From Salipiger sp. (GTDB taxonomy: Bacteria; Pseudomonadota; Alphaproteobacteria; Rhodobacterales; Rhodobacteraceae), in the NCBI RefSeq assembly GCF_048261495.1, contig NZ_JBLXFX010000001.1:463510-527509 (forward strand): 64,000 nucleotides of DNA. The letters are read 5' to 3'. Position 1 is the first letter of the stretch; each line of letters begins with the position of its first letter. This document shows positions 20,788 to 30,227 of this stretch, piece by piece. The notes beneath the pieces were generated by a model. The model did not search any database and was not told where the DNA came from. It worked only from the letters and a program-made list of their open reading frames with translations. The translations under genes were made by a program, and so were the position numbers.

Positions 20788-21873
20788 ATGGCAGGCATCG
20801 AGCCGCAAAGCGGCATCATGGAGATTGCGCTTTACGTCGGCGGCAAGTCGTCCGTGGACGGCGTGTCGAATGTCATCAAGCTCAGCTCGAACGAGAATCC
20901 GTTCGGACCGTCGCAGGCGGCCCAGGATGCCGTGCGCCGCTCCATGCACGAGATGCACCGCTATCCGTCGACCGATCACGCGGCCCTGCGCGGCGCCATC
21001 GCCGAGGTCTACGGGCTCGACGCCGCGCGCATCATCTGCGGGGTCGGCTCGGACGAAGTGCTGCAGTTCATCGCCCAGGCCTATGCCGGCCCCGGCGACG
21101 AGGTGATCCATACCGAGCACGGCTTTGCCATGTACCGGATCCTGGCCCATGCGGTCGGCGCGACCCCCGTCGAGGTGCCCGAACGCGAGCGCGTGGTCTG
21201 CGTCGACAACATCCTTGCCGCCTGCAACGAGCGCACCAGGATCGTCTTCATCGCCAACCCGAACAACCCCACGGGCACGATGATCGGCATGGCCGAGATC
21301 GAGCGTCTCGCGGAAAACCTGCCCCCGCAGGCGATCCTGGTGCTCGACGGCGCCTATGCCGAATTCGTCGAAGGCTACGACGGCGGCGCGCGGCTGGTGG
21401 CGGCGCGGGACAACGTGCTGATGACGCGCACCTTCTCGAAGATCTACGGTCTCGGCGGGATCCGGGTCGGCTGGGGCTATGGCCCGCAGGCGATCATCGA
21501 CGTGCTGAACCGCGTCCGCCAGCCCTTCAACCTGTCCAACATCGCGCTGACCGCGGCCGAAGCGGCGGTGCGCGATACGGCCTATGTCGAAAAGTGCCGA
21601 GCCGAGAATTCGCGTCTGCGCGCCTGGCTGGCCGAGGCGCTGGCAGAACACGGCGTGCCCTCGGATGCCTCGACCGCCAACTTCGTCCTCGCCCGGTTCG
21701 GCGATCCCGACGAGGCAGCGGCCTGCGACACCTACCTGCAGGGACAGGGTATCCTGATCCGCCGCGTCACCAGCTACAAACTGCCCGCCGCGCTGCGCAT
21801 CACCGTCGGGGACGAGGCTTCGTGCCGCCGGGTGGCCCATTGCATCGGCCTGTTCAAGGCGGGGGCCCGATGA
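20788..21873 (+). CDS. hisC: histidinol-phosphate aminotransferase
   Basis: [12 protein letters not shown], ...IANPNNPTG..., and ...[16 protein letters not shown] (PLP lysine). Confidence 0.92.
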   Translation: MAGIEPQSGIMEIALYVGGKSSVDGVSNVIKLSSNENPFGPSQAAQDAVRRSMHEMHRYPSTDHAALRGAIAEVYGLDAARIICGVGSDEVLQFIAQAYAGPGDEVIHTEHGFAMYRILAHAVGATPVEVPERERVVCVDNILAACNERTRIVFIANPNNPTGTMIGMAEIERLAENLPPQAILVLDGAYAEFVEGYDGGARLVAARDNVLMTRTFSKIYGLGGIRVGWGYGPQAIIDVLNRVRQPFNLSNIALTAAEAAVRDTAYVEKCRAENSRLRAWLAEALAEHGVPSDASTANFVLARFGDPDEAAACDTYLQGQGILIRRVTSYKLPAALRITVGDEASCRRVAHCIGLFKAGAR

Positions 21874-22781
21874 GCTATCGCCGCGTTGCGCTGATCGGCC
21901 TCGGGCTGATCGCGTCGTCCATGTACTGGGCGATGAAACGGACAGGCGCGGAAGTGCACGTGACCGGCTATGCCCGCACCGCGGAAACCCGCGAGACGGC
22001 GCGGCGCATCGGGCTGTGCGACGAGGTCTGCGAGACGGCCGAAGAGGCCGTGCAGGGCGCCGATCTGGTGGTCCTCGCGGTGCCCGTGGGCGCGATGGGG
22101 CGCGTGGCCGAGACGATCGCCCCGCATCTCAAGCCCGGCTGCACCGTGACCGACGTCGGCTCGGTCAAGCGCTCGGTGATGGAGGCCGTGGGCCCGTTCA
22201 TGCCCGAGGGCGTCCACTTCGTCGCCGCGCACCCGATGGCGGGCACCGAGCATTCGGGCCCGGAATCCGGCTTTGCGCAGCTTTTCGACAACCGCTGGTG
22301 CCTTATCGTGCCGGGAGACGCCGACGAGGCTGCGACCGCCGCACTCGAGACGTTCTGGCGCTCGCTCGGGGCCAATACCGAACGGATGGAGGTCGATCAT
22401 CACGACCTCGTCTGCGCGGTGGTGAGCCACATTCCCCACCTCATCGCCTACACGATGGTCGGTGTCGCGGACGACCTGGCGCGGGTTTCGGACCAGGAAG
22501 TCATCAAGTTCTCGGCCGCCGGGTTCCGGGACTTCACCCGCATCGCGGCCTCGGACCCGACCATGTGGCGGGACGTCTTCCTGACCAACAAGCAGGCGAC
22601 GCTCGAGATCCTCGGACGCTTCACCGAAGAGCTCTTTGCCCTGCAACGGGCGATCCGGACGGGTGACGGCGACACGCTTTTCGAGTATTTCACTCATACG
22701 CGCGAGATCCGCCGGGGCATTCTTCAGGCCGGGCAGGACACGAGCGCACCGGATTTCGGACGGATCAAGGTGGACAAGTGA
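21870..22781 (+). CDS. tyrC: prephenate/arogenate dehydrogenase
   Basis: ATGA overlap with the hisC stop. N-terminal Rossmann [12 protein letters not shown] and ...DVGSVK...[15 protein letters not shown].... Confidence 0.88.
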   Translation: MSYRRVALIGLGLIASSMYWAMKRTGAEVHVTGYARTAETRETARRIGLCDEVCETAEEAVQGADLVVLAVPVGAMGRVAETIAPHLKPGCTVTDVGSVKRSVMEAVGPFMPEGVHFVAAHPMAGTEHSGPESGFAQLFDNRWCLIVPGDADEAATAALETFWRSLGANTERMEVDHHDLVCAVVSHIPHLIAYTMVGVADDLARVSDQEVIKFSAAGFRDFTRIAASDPTMWRDVFLTNKQATLEILGRFTEELFALQRAIRTGDGDTLFEYFTHTREIRRGILQAGQDTSAPDFGRIKVDK

Positions 22782-23716
22782 TGCGGGCAAGGGTGGTACT
22801 GGCGGGTCTTCTGGTCGCGGCTCTTCCGGCCCTTGCAGAGGCTCCCGACAGTTCGGCCTGGCCCGTTTCGCGGACCGATACCGGCTCCGCGACCCCCATC
22901 GCCGCTACCGTCGATGCCGCGCTGCCGGACCCGGCCGCGCCGGACGGGCTGGCGGGCTTTCGGCCGGTGCAGCGCCCCGCCGCGCTGGAAAGGACCCTGA
23001 ACGAGCGCCTTGCCTACGAATTGCGGGCGGCGGGCATTCCGGGGTTCGTGCCCGAGGATGCCGCCGTGGCCATCGCGCGGTCGCAGGCCTTTGCCGCGCG
23101 CTCTCCGCTGGCGGTGGCGCAGGTTCTGCGCCCGGAGGTCCGCCCCGCCGCGATGGTCGAGCGGGTGATGGCCAAGCGCCGTGAACGGGCGCGCGGCGCG
23201 GTCTGCGGCGACATCTCGCTTCAGGGCGAGGCGGTCGGCTACGTGCCCGGCGCGGTATCGGGCTGCGGGGTTCAGGACGCGGTCAAGCTGCGCTCGGTCT
23301 CCGGGGTGACGCTCAGCCAGACGGCGGTGATGGACTGCGGCACGGCGAAGGCGCTGAAGCGCTGGGTCGAGAAGGGGCTGAAACCCTCGGTCGGCAGCTA
23401 TGGCGGCGGGGTCGCCGCATTGCGGGTCGCGGCGCATTACGCCTGCCGGTCCCGCAACAACCAGCGGGGCGAGAAGATCAGCGAACACGGCAAGGGCCGC
23501 GCCATCGACATTGCCGCGATCCGGCTTAGGAACGGTGACGAACTCAGCGTTCTGGGCGACTGGGGCGGCGGCGCCGAAGGGCGGATCCTGCGGCAGGCGC
23601 ACAAGTCCGCCTGCGGACCCTTCGGAACGGTTCTCGGACCCAACGCCAACGCCTTTCACCGCGATCATTTCCACTTCGATACCGCGCGCTACCGCTCCGG
23701 CTCCTATTGCCGCTGA
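22781..23716 (+). CDS. extensin-like C-terminal domain protein, secreted
   Basis: ATG overlaps the tyrC TGA by 1 nt (GTG 22778 is an alternative). Signal peptide present. C-terminal block ...SEHGKGRAIDIAAIRL...NAFHRDHFHFD.... Confidence 0.8.
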   Translation: MRARVVLAGLLVAALPALAEAPDSSAWPVSRTDTGSATPIAATVDAALPDPAAPDGLAGFRPVQRPAALERTLNERLAYELRAAGIPGFVPEDAAVAIARSQAFAARSPLAVAQVLRPEVRPAAMVERVMAKRRERARGAVCGDISLQGEAVGYVPGAVSGCGVQDAVKLRSVSGVTLSQTAVMDCGTAKALKRWVEKGLKPSVGSYGGGVAALRVAAHYACRSRNNQRGEKISEHGKGRAIDIAAIRLRNGDELSVLGDWGGGAEGRILRQAHKSACGPFGTVLGPNANAFHRDHFHFDTARYRSGSYCR

Positions 23717-24134
23717 GGGTCGGGGCCCGGAAAACAGTCCTTTTCCGATCCGGAAACGGTGTCCGGCGGACCGCCCCCCCGGCGCACCTGGCCGACCACA
23801 ACTGCGTGATCCGGGGCAGGGGACGGGTGCGCGCGCGGGGTCGGAGGGCAATATCCGCTTAACTCTCTGCGCAGGAAAGAGATTTCGCTGCGGGGCCCGC
23901 TCCGGGCTGTGGCCGGTGCGGAAACAGTACCGCGAAACGGCTCCGCATTGCCCCGCCGGAATATAGGTAATGTCAACCGAAAATTGTTGAAAAACAGCGG
24001 CATGACGGGCGCATCCCGCCTGCCCGACGCGCGCCGCCTTTGCGCAACAGGCCGGGGCCGGGCACCGGCGGGGCAGTTGACTCGGCAGGTCGCGGCCCCT
24101 CACATTCGGCGCGAAAAATCCGGAGGCATCAGGT

Positions 24135-25526
24135 ATGGATTCAGTCGTCGTCACGCAAAGCAGGATCTACTCGGTCATAGACGGAACGGGAGCGACCACC
24201 GAGATCCTGAACGGTCTTCCGGAACAGGCAACCGACATCACCGTCGCCCCGGACGGCACGATCTACGTGCTGTCCTTCAACGGGCTCTACCGGGTCGGCG
24301 CGCTGCCGGGGCTGATCATCGAGAAGGTGGTCGACTACACCGGGCGCTTTGCCAACGGGCTCGGGGTGGACGCGCAGGGCAACCTCTACGTGAGCTTCGA
24401 CGACGAGCAGAGGATCGAAGTGCTGAACGGCACCACGCTCGCCGTTTCCCGGTACATCAATCTCGGGGTCGGCAACGGCTCGGAGGGTGATATCGTCGTC
24501 ACCGGCAACACGCTCTACATGTCGACGAGCGACGGCACGCTGCTCACGGTCAACCTGACCACGGATACCGTCGTGCGCAGCGTCGAGCATCACGATTCCC
24601 CGGTCTATGGTCTCAGCCTCAACGGCGCGCGCCTGCTGGCCTACTCGGTGGGCGCCGTCTACGCGGTCAACCCGGTGACGGGCGCGTCGGCCAATCTCGG
24701 AACGGTCGCGGTCGAAGGCACCGTGCTCGGGGCCGCGCCGATCGCGGATTTCTACGACACGCTCGGCGGGCTCGGGAACGATTCGCTTTATGGTACGCTC
24801 TTCGATGACCGGATCTTCGGCGGGGCGGGCAATGACACGCTGATGGGTGGCCCCGGCAACGATTCCCTGATCGGCGGCGGCGGGGCGGATCACCTCGTCG
24901 GCGGCGAGGGCATCGATACGGCCAGCTACGTGAGTTCGACCCGCTCCGTGCGCGTGGACCTTCAGAACAGCCAGTTCATGTACGGCGACGCGGTGGGAGA
25001 CACCTACGACAGCATCGAGATCTATCAGACCGGCAACACCGTCGACCAGCTTCGCGGCGATTCCTCGGCCAATACCTTTTACGCGGGCGGCCTGTCGGAC
25101 CGGCTCTACGGCCGTGGCGGCAACGATCGCCTTTTCGGCGAAGGGGGCGCGGATGCCTTCTACGGCGGGCTCGGCGCGGATACGATGACCGGCGGTGACG
25201 ATGCCGACCGGCGGGACCGCTATATCTACTTCAACATCGCGGAATCCGGCGTCGGTGCCGGGCATCGCGATGTCATCACCGATTTCGTGGCCGGCGAGGA
25301 CCGGATCGAGATTTCGCGCTTCGATGCGGACACCACGACCTCGGGCAAGCAGCGGTTCACATTCATCGGGGATGACCCGCTGTCCGGCACCGCGGGAGAG
25401 CTGGGCTATCGCCACGAGAACGGCCACACCATCGTGCAGGCCGATGTCGATGGCGACGGCGTCGCGGATTTCGAGATCCTGCTGCTGGGCATGATGGATC
25501 TGACTGCGAACGATTTCCTGATCTGA
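24135..25526 (+). CDS. RTX-type calcium-binding secreted protein with an N-terminal beta-propeller-like region
   Basis: GGAGG lies 8 nt upstream of the ATG. Two blocks of GGxGxD nonapeptide repeats (GGAGNDTLMGGPGNDSLIGGGGADHLVGGEGID; GRGGNDRLFGEGGADAFYGGLGADTMTGGD). Serralysin-like C-terminal ...DFVAGEDRIEISRFDA...TANDFLI. Confidence 0.85.
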   Translation: MDSVVVTQSRIYSVIDGTGATTEILNGLPEQATDITVAPDGTIYVLSFNGLYRVGALPGLIIEKVVDYTGRFANGLGVDAQGNLYVSFDDEQRIEVLNGTTLAVSRYINLGVGNGSEGDIVVTGNTLYMSTSDGTLLTVNLTTDTVVRSVEHHDSPVYGLSLNGARLLAYSVGAVYAVNPVTGASANLGTVAVEGTVLGAAPIADFYDTLGGLGNDSLYGTLFDDRIFGGAGNDTLMGGPGNDSLIGGGGADHLVGGEGIDTASYVSSTRSVRVDLQNSQFMYGDAVGDTYDSIEIYQTGNTVDQLRGDSSANTFYAGGLSDRLYGRGGNDRLFGEGGADAFYGGLGADTMTGGDDADRRDRYIYFNIAESGVGAGHRDVITDFVAGEDRIEISRFDADTTTSGKQRFTFIGDDPLSGTAGELGYRHENGHTIVQADVDGDGVADFEILLLGMMDLTANDFLI

Positions 25527-25556
25527 TCGCGAAGACTGCGCGACCCGACCATCCAG

Positions 25557-25600
25557 GACGGGCCATTGCCAGGACGGCGATGGCCCGTCTTGCGTTGTAT
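25557..25600 (+). terminator. intrinsic terminator of the RTX gene
   Basis: 10-bp stem GACGGGCCAT / ATGGCCCGTC followed by TTGCGTTGTAT. Starts 31 nt after the stop. Confidence 0.6.
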
Positions 25601-25818
25601 CAGGTCGGCGGTGCGCCACGTTCCGCGGCGATTCGGCAAGGAATGCGGCCTGAATGTGGCGCGATTCCCGTGCAAATCCGAAACGGTTCCGCAGCCCGCC
25701 CGCCATTGTTCCAACGATCCCCGATATTGCGGCGGGATTGCGGCAAAGTCTTGATCTCTGACAGAATTTCGTCAAATTCGAAGCATGGGTGGGGGCCCAT
25801 GAACCAGAGAGATCGTCC

Positions 25819-26361
25819 ATGCGAGCCCTTGTCCTTGCCGTTCTGGCCGCCCTTTTCTCCTCGCAGGCTTCGGCCGACATCAGCTGGCAGACCGCGCGCA
25901 TGGCGCCGGGGTCGCTGATGGTGATGGAAGACGAGCGAGGCGCCGTGACGAGCCACGTGGCACGGGGGCAAGCCGGCGGTCTGTTTCGGTTCGATACGTA
26001 TGAGGGACGTGGCCAAAGGGCTGTATTCGTCGGCAGCTACTACACCAACGACCGGGGAGAGGTTGTTCGCAGCCTCTCCGTGGATGGCGGCCTGACGCGC
26101 TATGAGCCTCATCGCTGTGCGAGGACAGTCGGGGTGTGCGATTACGTGATCGTGCATCCCGACGGGTTCCGCGAATCCCGCAAGCGGGTGTCGCGGGAGA
26201 CCGCCCTCGGCGTGGCCTGGAAGGAATGGGGCCTCGACGGTCTGGTGGCAACGGGCGGGATCGAGCTCGACAAGATCGGGGCGGCGCGCAAGTCCTGGCG
26301 GCGCGATCACCAGAGCGGCCGGCAGACCCGGTCAAAGCGGATCATGATGGCGGTCCGCTGA
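25819..26361 (+). CDS. hypothetical secreted protein
   Basis: ATG 25819 lies inside ORF 25789..26361 and gives the signal peptide MRALVLAVLAALFSSQASA-D. High GC3. No family recognised. Confidence 0.6.
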   Translation: MRALVLAVLAALFSSQASADISWQTARMAPGSLMVMEDERGAVTSHVARGQAGGLFRFDTYEGRGQRAVFVGSYYTNDRGEVVRSLSVDGGLTRYEPHRCARTVGVCDYVIVHPDGFRESRKRVSRETALGVAWKEWGLDGLVATGGIELDKIGAARKSWRRDHQSGRQTRSKRIMMAVR

Positions 26362-26387
26362 CAGTTTCGGCGGGCAAGGATGCGGAC

Positions 26388-26415
26388 GGGGCGGAACCAT
26401 TCCGCCCCTTGTCGT
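26388..26415 (+). terminator. intrinsic terminator between convergent genes
   Basis: 9-bp stem GGGGCGGAA / TTCCGCCCC with a 3-nt loop, followed by TTGTCGTG. Confidence 0.5.
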
Positions 26416-26416
26416 G

Positions 26417-26977
26417 TCAGCCCCCCGCGCCGGTCAGCGCCGACAGCAGCGCGCGGGCGTCGTCGGAATGCCAGTCGGCCTCGCCCAGCAGACGGGCGAC
26501 TTCGCGCCCTTCGGGATCGAGAATGACCGTCACCGGCAGGGCGAGAATGCCCATCTCGCGCGCGAGGGCCGAGCGCGGGTCGCGATGCAGGGGAAGGTTG
26601 TCGATACCCTTTTCGTCAAAGAAGGTCTGCATTGCCGGAGGCGGGTTGCGCCCGGTGGCGATGGTCACGACCTCGAAGGTGTCGCCGCCCATGTCGCGTT
26701 GAAGCGCGGCCAGCGTCGGCATCTCCTTCTTGCAGGGCGCACACCATGTGGCCCAGAAGTTGACCAGCACCCATTTTCCCGACCAGTCCGAGAGCGAGAG
26801 CGGCGCATCGTCGAAAGTGACGAACTCCGACCGGCCCGCGGCCTGTGCCTCGGGGTGAAAGGTCAGCTTGCGCATGTCGCCCGACTGGACGCCCTTGGCG
26901 GCGGCGACATCGGCAAACCCCGGATTTGCAAGCGCCAGAGACGCGGTATACAGGAGCGCAAGCGCGATTTTCTTCAT
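26417..26977 (-). CDS. tlpA: TlpA-like periplasmic thiol:disulfide oxidoreductase (thioredoxin fold)
   Basis: [13 protein letters not shown] active site. Signal peptide [20 protein letters not shown] 26977 has GGAGGG upstream. The ORF-track extension to 27367 is antisense to argH. Confidence 0.85.
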   Translation of the reverse strand: MKKIALALLYTASLALANPGFADVAAAKGVQSGDMRKLTFHPEAQAAGRSEFVTFDDAPLSLSDWSGKWVLVNFWATWCAPCKKEMPTLAALQRDMGGDTFEVVTIATGRNPPPAMQTFFDEKGIDNLPLHRDPRSALAREMGILALPVTVILDPEGREVARLLGEADWHSDDARALLSALTGAGG

Positions 26978-26999
26978 ATTCCCTCCGGAAAGGCTTCCC

Positions 27000-28391
27000 A
27001 TGACCGACAAGACCTCGAACCAGATGTGGGGCGGACGCTTTGCTGCGGGGCCGGATGCGATCATGGAAGCGATCAACGCCTCCATCGGGTTCGACAAGCG
27101 GCTCGCGGCGCAGGATATCGCCGGATCGAGAGCCCATGCCGCCATGCTGGCCGCCACGGGCATCGTGGACAGTAGCGATGTCGAGACCATCCGGGAAGGT
27201 CTGCTCACGGTGTTGTCAGAGATCGAGGAGGGCAAGTTCGTCTTCTCGACCGCGCTGGAGGACATCCACATGAACGTGGAGGCGCGGCTGAAGCAGCTGA
27301 TCGGCGATCCGGCGGGGCGCCTGCACACCGCCCGGTCGCGCAACGACCAGGTGGCGACGGATTTCAAACTCTGGGTCCGGGATCAGTTCGACGCCTTCGA
27401 ACAGGGGCTCCTGGCGCTGATGCGCGCGCTGGTCGGACAGGCCGAGGCCGGGGCGGATTGGGTGATGCCGGGCTTCACCCATCTCCAGACCGCGCAGCCG
27501 GTGACCTGGGGCCATCACATGATGGCCTATGTCGAGATGTTCGGCCGCGACCTGTCGCGCTGCCGCGACGCGCGGGCGCGGATGAACGAATGTCCCCTGG
27601 GCGCGGCGGCACTGGCGGGCACCGGCTTTCCCATCGACCGGCACATGACGGCCGGGGCGCTGGGCTTCGACCGTCCGGCCGCCAATTCGCTCGACGCGGT
27701 GTCGGACCGGGATTTCGCGCTGGAATTCCTGTCGGTCGCGTCGATCTGCGCCGTGCACCTGTCGCGCCTGGCCGAAGAGCTGGTGATCTGGTCCTCTGCG
27801 CAGTTCCGGTTCGTGGCGCTGTCGGACCGGTTCTCGACCGGGTCGTCGATCATGCCGCAAAAGAAGAACCCCGATGCGGCGGAACTGATTCGCGCCAAGA
27901 TCGGGCGGATCTTCGGGGCGAACGTGGCGCTGACGCTGGTGATGAAGGGTCTGCCGCTGGCCTATTCCAAGGACATGCAGGAAGACAAGGAACAGGTCTT
28001 CGACGCTGCGGACAACCTGATGCTGGCGCTGGCCGCGATGGAGGGGATGGTGCGGGACATGACCGCGAACGTTCCCGCGCTGGAGGCGGCGGCGGCCTCG
28101 GGCTTCTCGACGGCGACGGATCTTGCCGACTGGCTGGTCCGCGAAACCGGCCTGCCGTTCCGCGACGCGCACCACGTCACCGGCGCGCTGGTGGCCATGG
28201 CAGAGAGCAAGGGCTGCGATCTGCCGGAGCTGTCCCTGGCCGATATGCAATCCGTTCACGATGCCATCAGCGAGGGTATCTTTGACGTTCTGGGCGTGCA
28301 TAATTCCGTCGCGAGCCGCCTGAGCTACGGCGGCACCGCCCCGGTTCGCGTGCGCGAGCAGGTGGCCCGCTGGAGAGAGGTTCTGGCATGA
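27000..28391 (+). CDS. argH: argininosuccinate lyase
   Basis: [11 protein letters not shown]-terminus and the fumarate-lyase signature [12 protein letters not shown]. Divergent from tlpA, as is common in alphaproteobacteria. Confidence 0.95.
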   Translation: MTDKTSNQMWGGRFAAGPDAIMEAINASIGFDKRLAAQDIAGSRAHAAMLAATGIVDSSDVETIREGLLTVLSEIEEGKFVFSTALEDIHMNVEARLKQLIGDPAGRLHTARSRNDQVATDFKLWVRDQFDAFEQGLLALMRALVGQAEAGADWVMPGFTHLQTAQPVTWGHHMMAYVEMFGRDLSRCRDARARMNECPLGAAALAGTGFPIDRHMTAGALGFDRPAANSLDAVSDRDFALEFLSVASICAVHLSRLAEELVIWSSAQFRFVALSDRFSTGSSIMPQKKNPDAAELIRAKIGRIFGANVALTLVMKGLPLAYSKDMQEDKEQVFDAADNLMLALAAMEGMVRDMTANVPALEAAAASGFSTATDLADWLVRETGLPFRDAHHVTGALVAMAESKGCDLPELSLADMQSVHDAISEGIFDVLGVHNSVASRLSYGGTAPVRVREQVARWREVLA

Positions 28392-28570
28392 CACGGATCG
28401 CGATGATCGGGGCCGTTGCCCTTCTGACCGCTTGCGGAAGCGCCGAAGAGGGCGCGCCGCCGCTGAAACCGCAGTTGAACACCAGCATCGTGGTCGGGCC
28501 GAACGGCGTGCGGACCTCCACCGGCGTGTCGGTGCGGCAGGGGCCGGTGTCGCTGGGGATCCGGCTGTGA
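28388..28570 (+). CDS. small lipoprotein (60 aa)
   Basis: ATGA overlap with the argH stop. Lipobox AVALLTAC-G. Confidence 0.55.
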   Translation: MTRIAMIGAVALLTACGSAEEGAPPLKPQLNTSIVVGPNGVRTSTGVSVRQGPVSLGIRL

Positions 28571-28713
28571 GGGCGCTTCTCGCGGTATTCGGGCTGGCGC
28601 TGCTCGGCGGTTGCGGCGCGGATGGCGAGCCGGTCCGGCCCGAGCCCCGCGCAAGGACCGGCGCAATCAGCATCGACATTTCCGGCTCCGCGGAGATCGG
28701 CGTCCGGGGCTGA
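28567..28713 (+). CDS. second small lipoprotein (48 aa), GTG start
   Basis: GTGA overlap with the preceding stop. (V)[16 protein letters not shown] lipobox. Same frame as the tail of ORF 28432..28713. Confidence 0.4.
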   Translation: MRALLAVFGLALLGGCGADGEPVRPEPRARTGAISIDISGSAEIGVRG

Positions 28714-28922
28714 TCCGGCGGAGCGCCTTTCAGGCGCGCCTGGTCTCTCGCCTGCGGCCTTCCGGCCTCCGGCTCGGCGCCCCCCGGCCGGCGTGACGCA
28801 GCATTCGCAGGTCGGGCGGGTGGCCGGCATTTCCATAATGAATGTCCGACGGGACGGCAGCGGGGACTGGTGCGTCGCGGCGCTCTGCGCTATGGCGGCG
28901 CGGTCAATCTTGCGGGGCTGGA

Positions 28923-30188
28923 ATGGATCATTTTCTTTATCGCGACGGGGCCCTGTATGCCGAGGACGTGTCGGTTCGGGAGATCGCGGCCACGGTCGGA
29001 ACTCCGTTCTACTGCTATTCCACGGCAACCCTGATGCGCCATTTCCGGCTGTTCGACGAGGCGCTGTCCTGGGGGCCGCACCTGGTCTGCTACGCGATGA
29101 AGGCGGCGTCGAACCAGGCGATCCTCAAGACCCTGGCCGAGGCCGGCGCCGGCATGGACGTGGTGTCGGGCGGGGAATACGCCCGCGCCCGCGCCGCGGG
29201 CGTTCCGGGCGAGCGCATCGTCTTCTCCGGCGTCGGCAAGACGCGGGAGGAGATCCGCACCGCGCTGGAGGGCGGTATCCGCCAGTTCAACATCGAGAGC
29301 GAGCCCGAGATGCGGGCAATCTCCGAGGTGGCGTCGGCGCTGGGCGTGGTCGCTCCGGTGACGGTGCGGGTCAATCCGGACGTGGATGCAAAGACCCATG
29401 CCAAGATCGCCACCGGCAAGAGCGAGAACAAGTTCGGCATTCCCATCGCCCGCGCGCGCGAGGTCTATGCCGAGGCCGCGGCGCTTCCGGGATTGAAGGT
29501 GATCGGGATCGACGTGCACATCGGCTCCCAACTGACCGATCTGGAACCCTTCCGGCAGGCCTATCGCAAGGTCGCCGCGCTGACCGCCGCGCTGCGGGCG
29601 GACGGACACGGGATTTCCCGGCTCGACCTGGGCGGCGGGCTGGGCATTCCCTATACCCGCAGCAACGAAGCGCCGCCGCTGCCGGTGGAATACGGTCAGA
29701 TGATCCGCGAGGAACTGGGCGATCTCGGCTGCGAGATCGAGATCGAGCCGGGGCGCCTGATTGCCGGGAATGCGGGGATCCTCGTGTCCCGGGTGATCTA
29801 TCTCAAGCAGGGCGAGGGGCGGGATTTCCTGATCCTCGATGCCGCGATGAACGATCTGATCCGGCCCGCCATGTACGATGCCCATCACGACATCGTCCCG
29901 GTGACCGAGGCCGCGCCGGGAGCCGAGCAGGCGGCCTATGACATCGTCGGCCCGGTCTGTGAATCCGGCGATACCTTCGCGAAGGCGCGGATGATGCCGC
30001 CGGTGGGCGAGGGCGATCTCGTGGCGTTCCGCTCGGCCGGCGCTTACGGTGCGGTCATGTCTTCGGAGTACAATACCCGGGCACTCGTACCCGAGGTGCT
30101 GGTGAAAGATGATCAATTCGCCGTCATTCGCAGGAGACCGAGCTTTGACGAGATCATAAACCGCGATAGCATTCCCGAGTGGCTGTAG
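28923..30188 (+). CDS. lysA: diaminopimelate decarboxylase
   Basis: ATG 28923 gives MDHFLYRDGALYAEDVSVREIAATVGTPFYCYS. Also AMKAASNQAIL (PLP Lys) and GPVCESGD. Confidence 0.95.
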   Translation: MDHFLYRDGALYAEDVSVREIAATVGTPFYCYSTATLMRHFRLFDEALSWGPHLVCYAMKAASNQAILKTLAEAGAGMDVVSGGEYARARAAGVPGERIVFSGVGKTREEIRTALEGGIRQFNIESEPEMRAISEVASALGVVAPVTVRVNPDVDAKTHAKIATGKSENKFGIPIARAREVYAEAAALPGLKVIGIDVHIGSQLTDLEPFRQAYRKVAALTAALRADGHGISRLDLGGGLGIPYTRSNEAPPLPVEYGQMIREELGDLGCEIEIEPGRLIAGNAGILVSRVIYLKQGEGRDFLILDAAMNDLIRPAMYDAHHDIVPVTEAAPGAEQAAYDIVGPVCESGDTFAKARMMPPVGEGDLVAFRSAGAYGAVMSSEYNTRALVPEVLVKDDQFAVIRRRPSFDEIINRDSIPEWL

Positions 30189-30227
30189 GGCATCCCTCCT
30201 GCGGCCGACGGACCGCAGGAGAGATGC

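Noticed and set aside
23985-23995. An 11-nt AT-rich word, TGTTGAAAAAC, shared between the RTX upstream region and the yhhQ-arfB spacer (33608..33618).
   Set aside because: It is a single short match with no extended similarity on either side. That is compatible with chance or a generic promoter-like AT patch and is not enough to define a motif.
24765-25210. Short tandem periodicity that could be mistaken for a repeat array or CRISPR-like structure. A similar case is the CAG/GGC periodicity at 32040..32345.
   Set aside because: The periodicity is 27 nt, in frame, and encodes RTX GGxGxD nonapeptides. In the other case it encodes Gln/Gly low complexity. There are no spacer-like unique segments, and the repeats lie inside well-supported genes.
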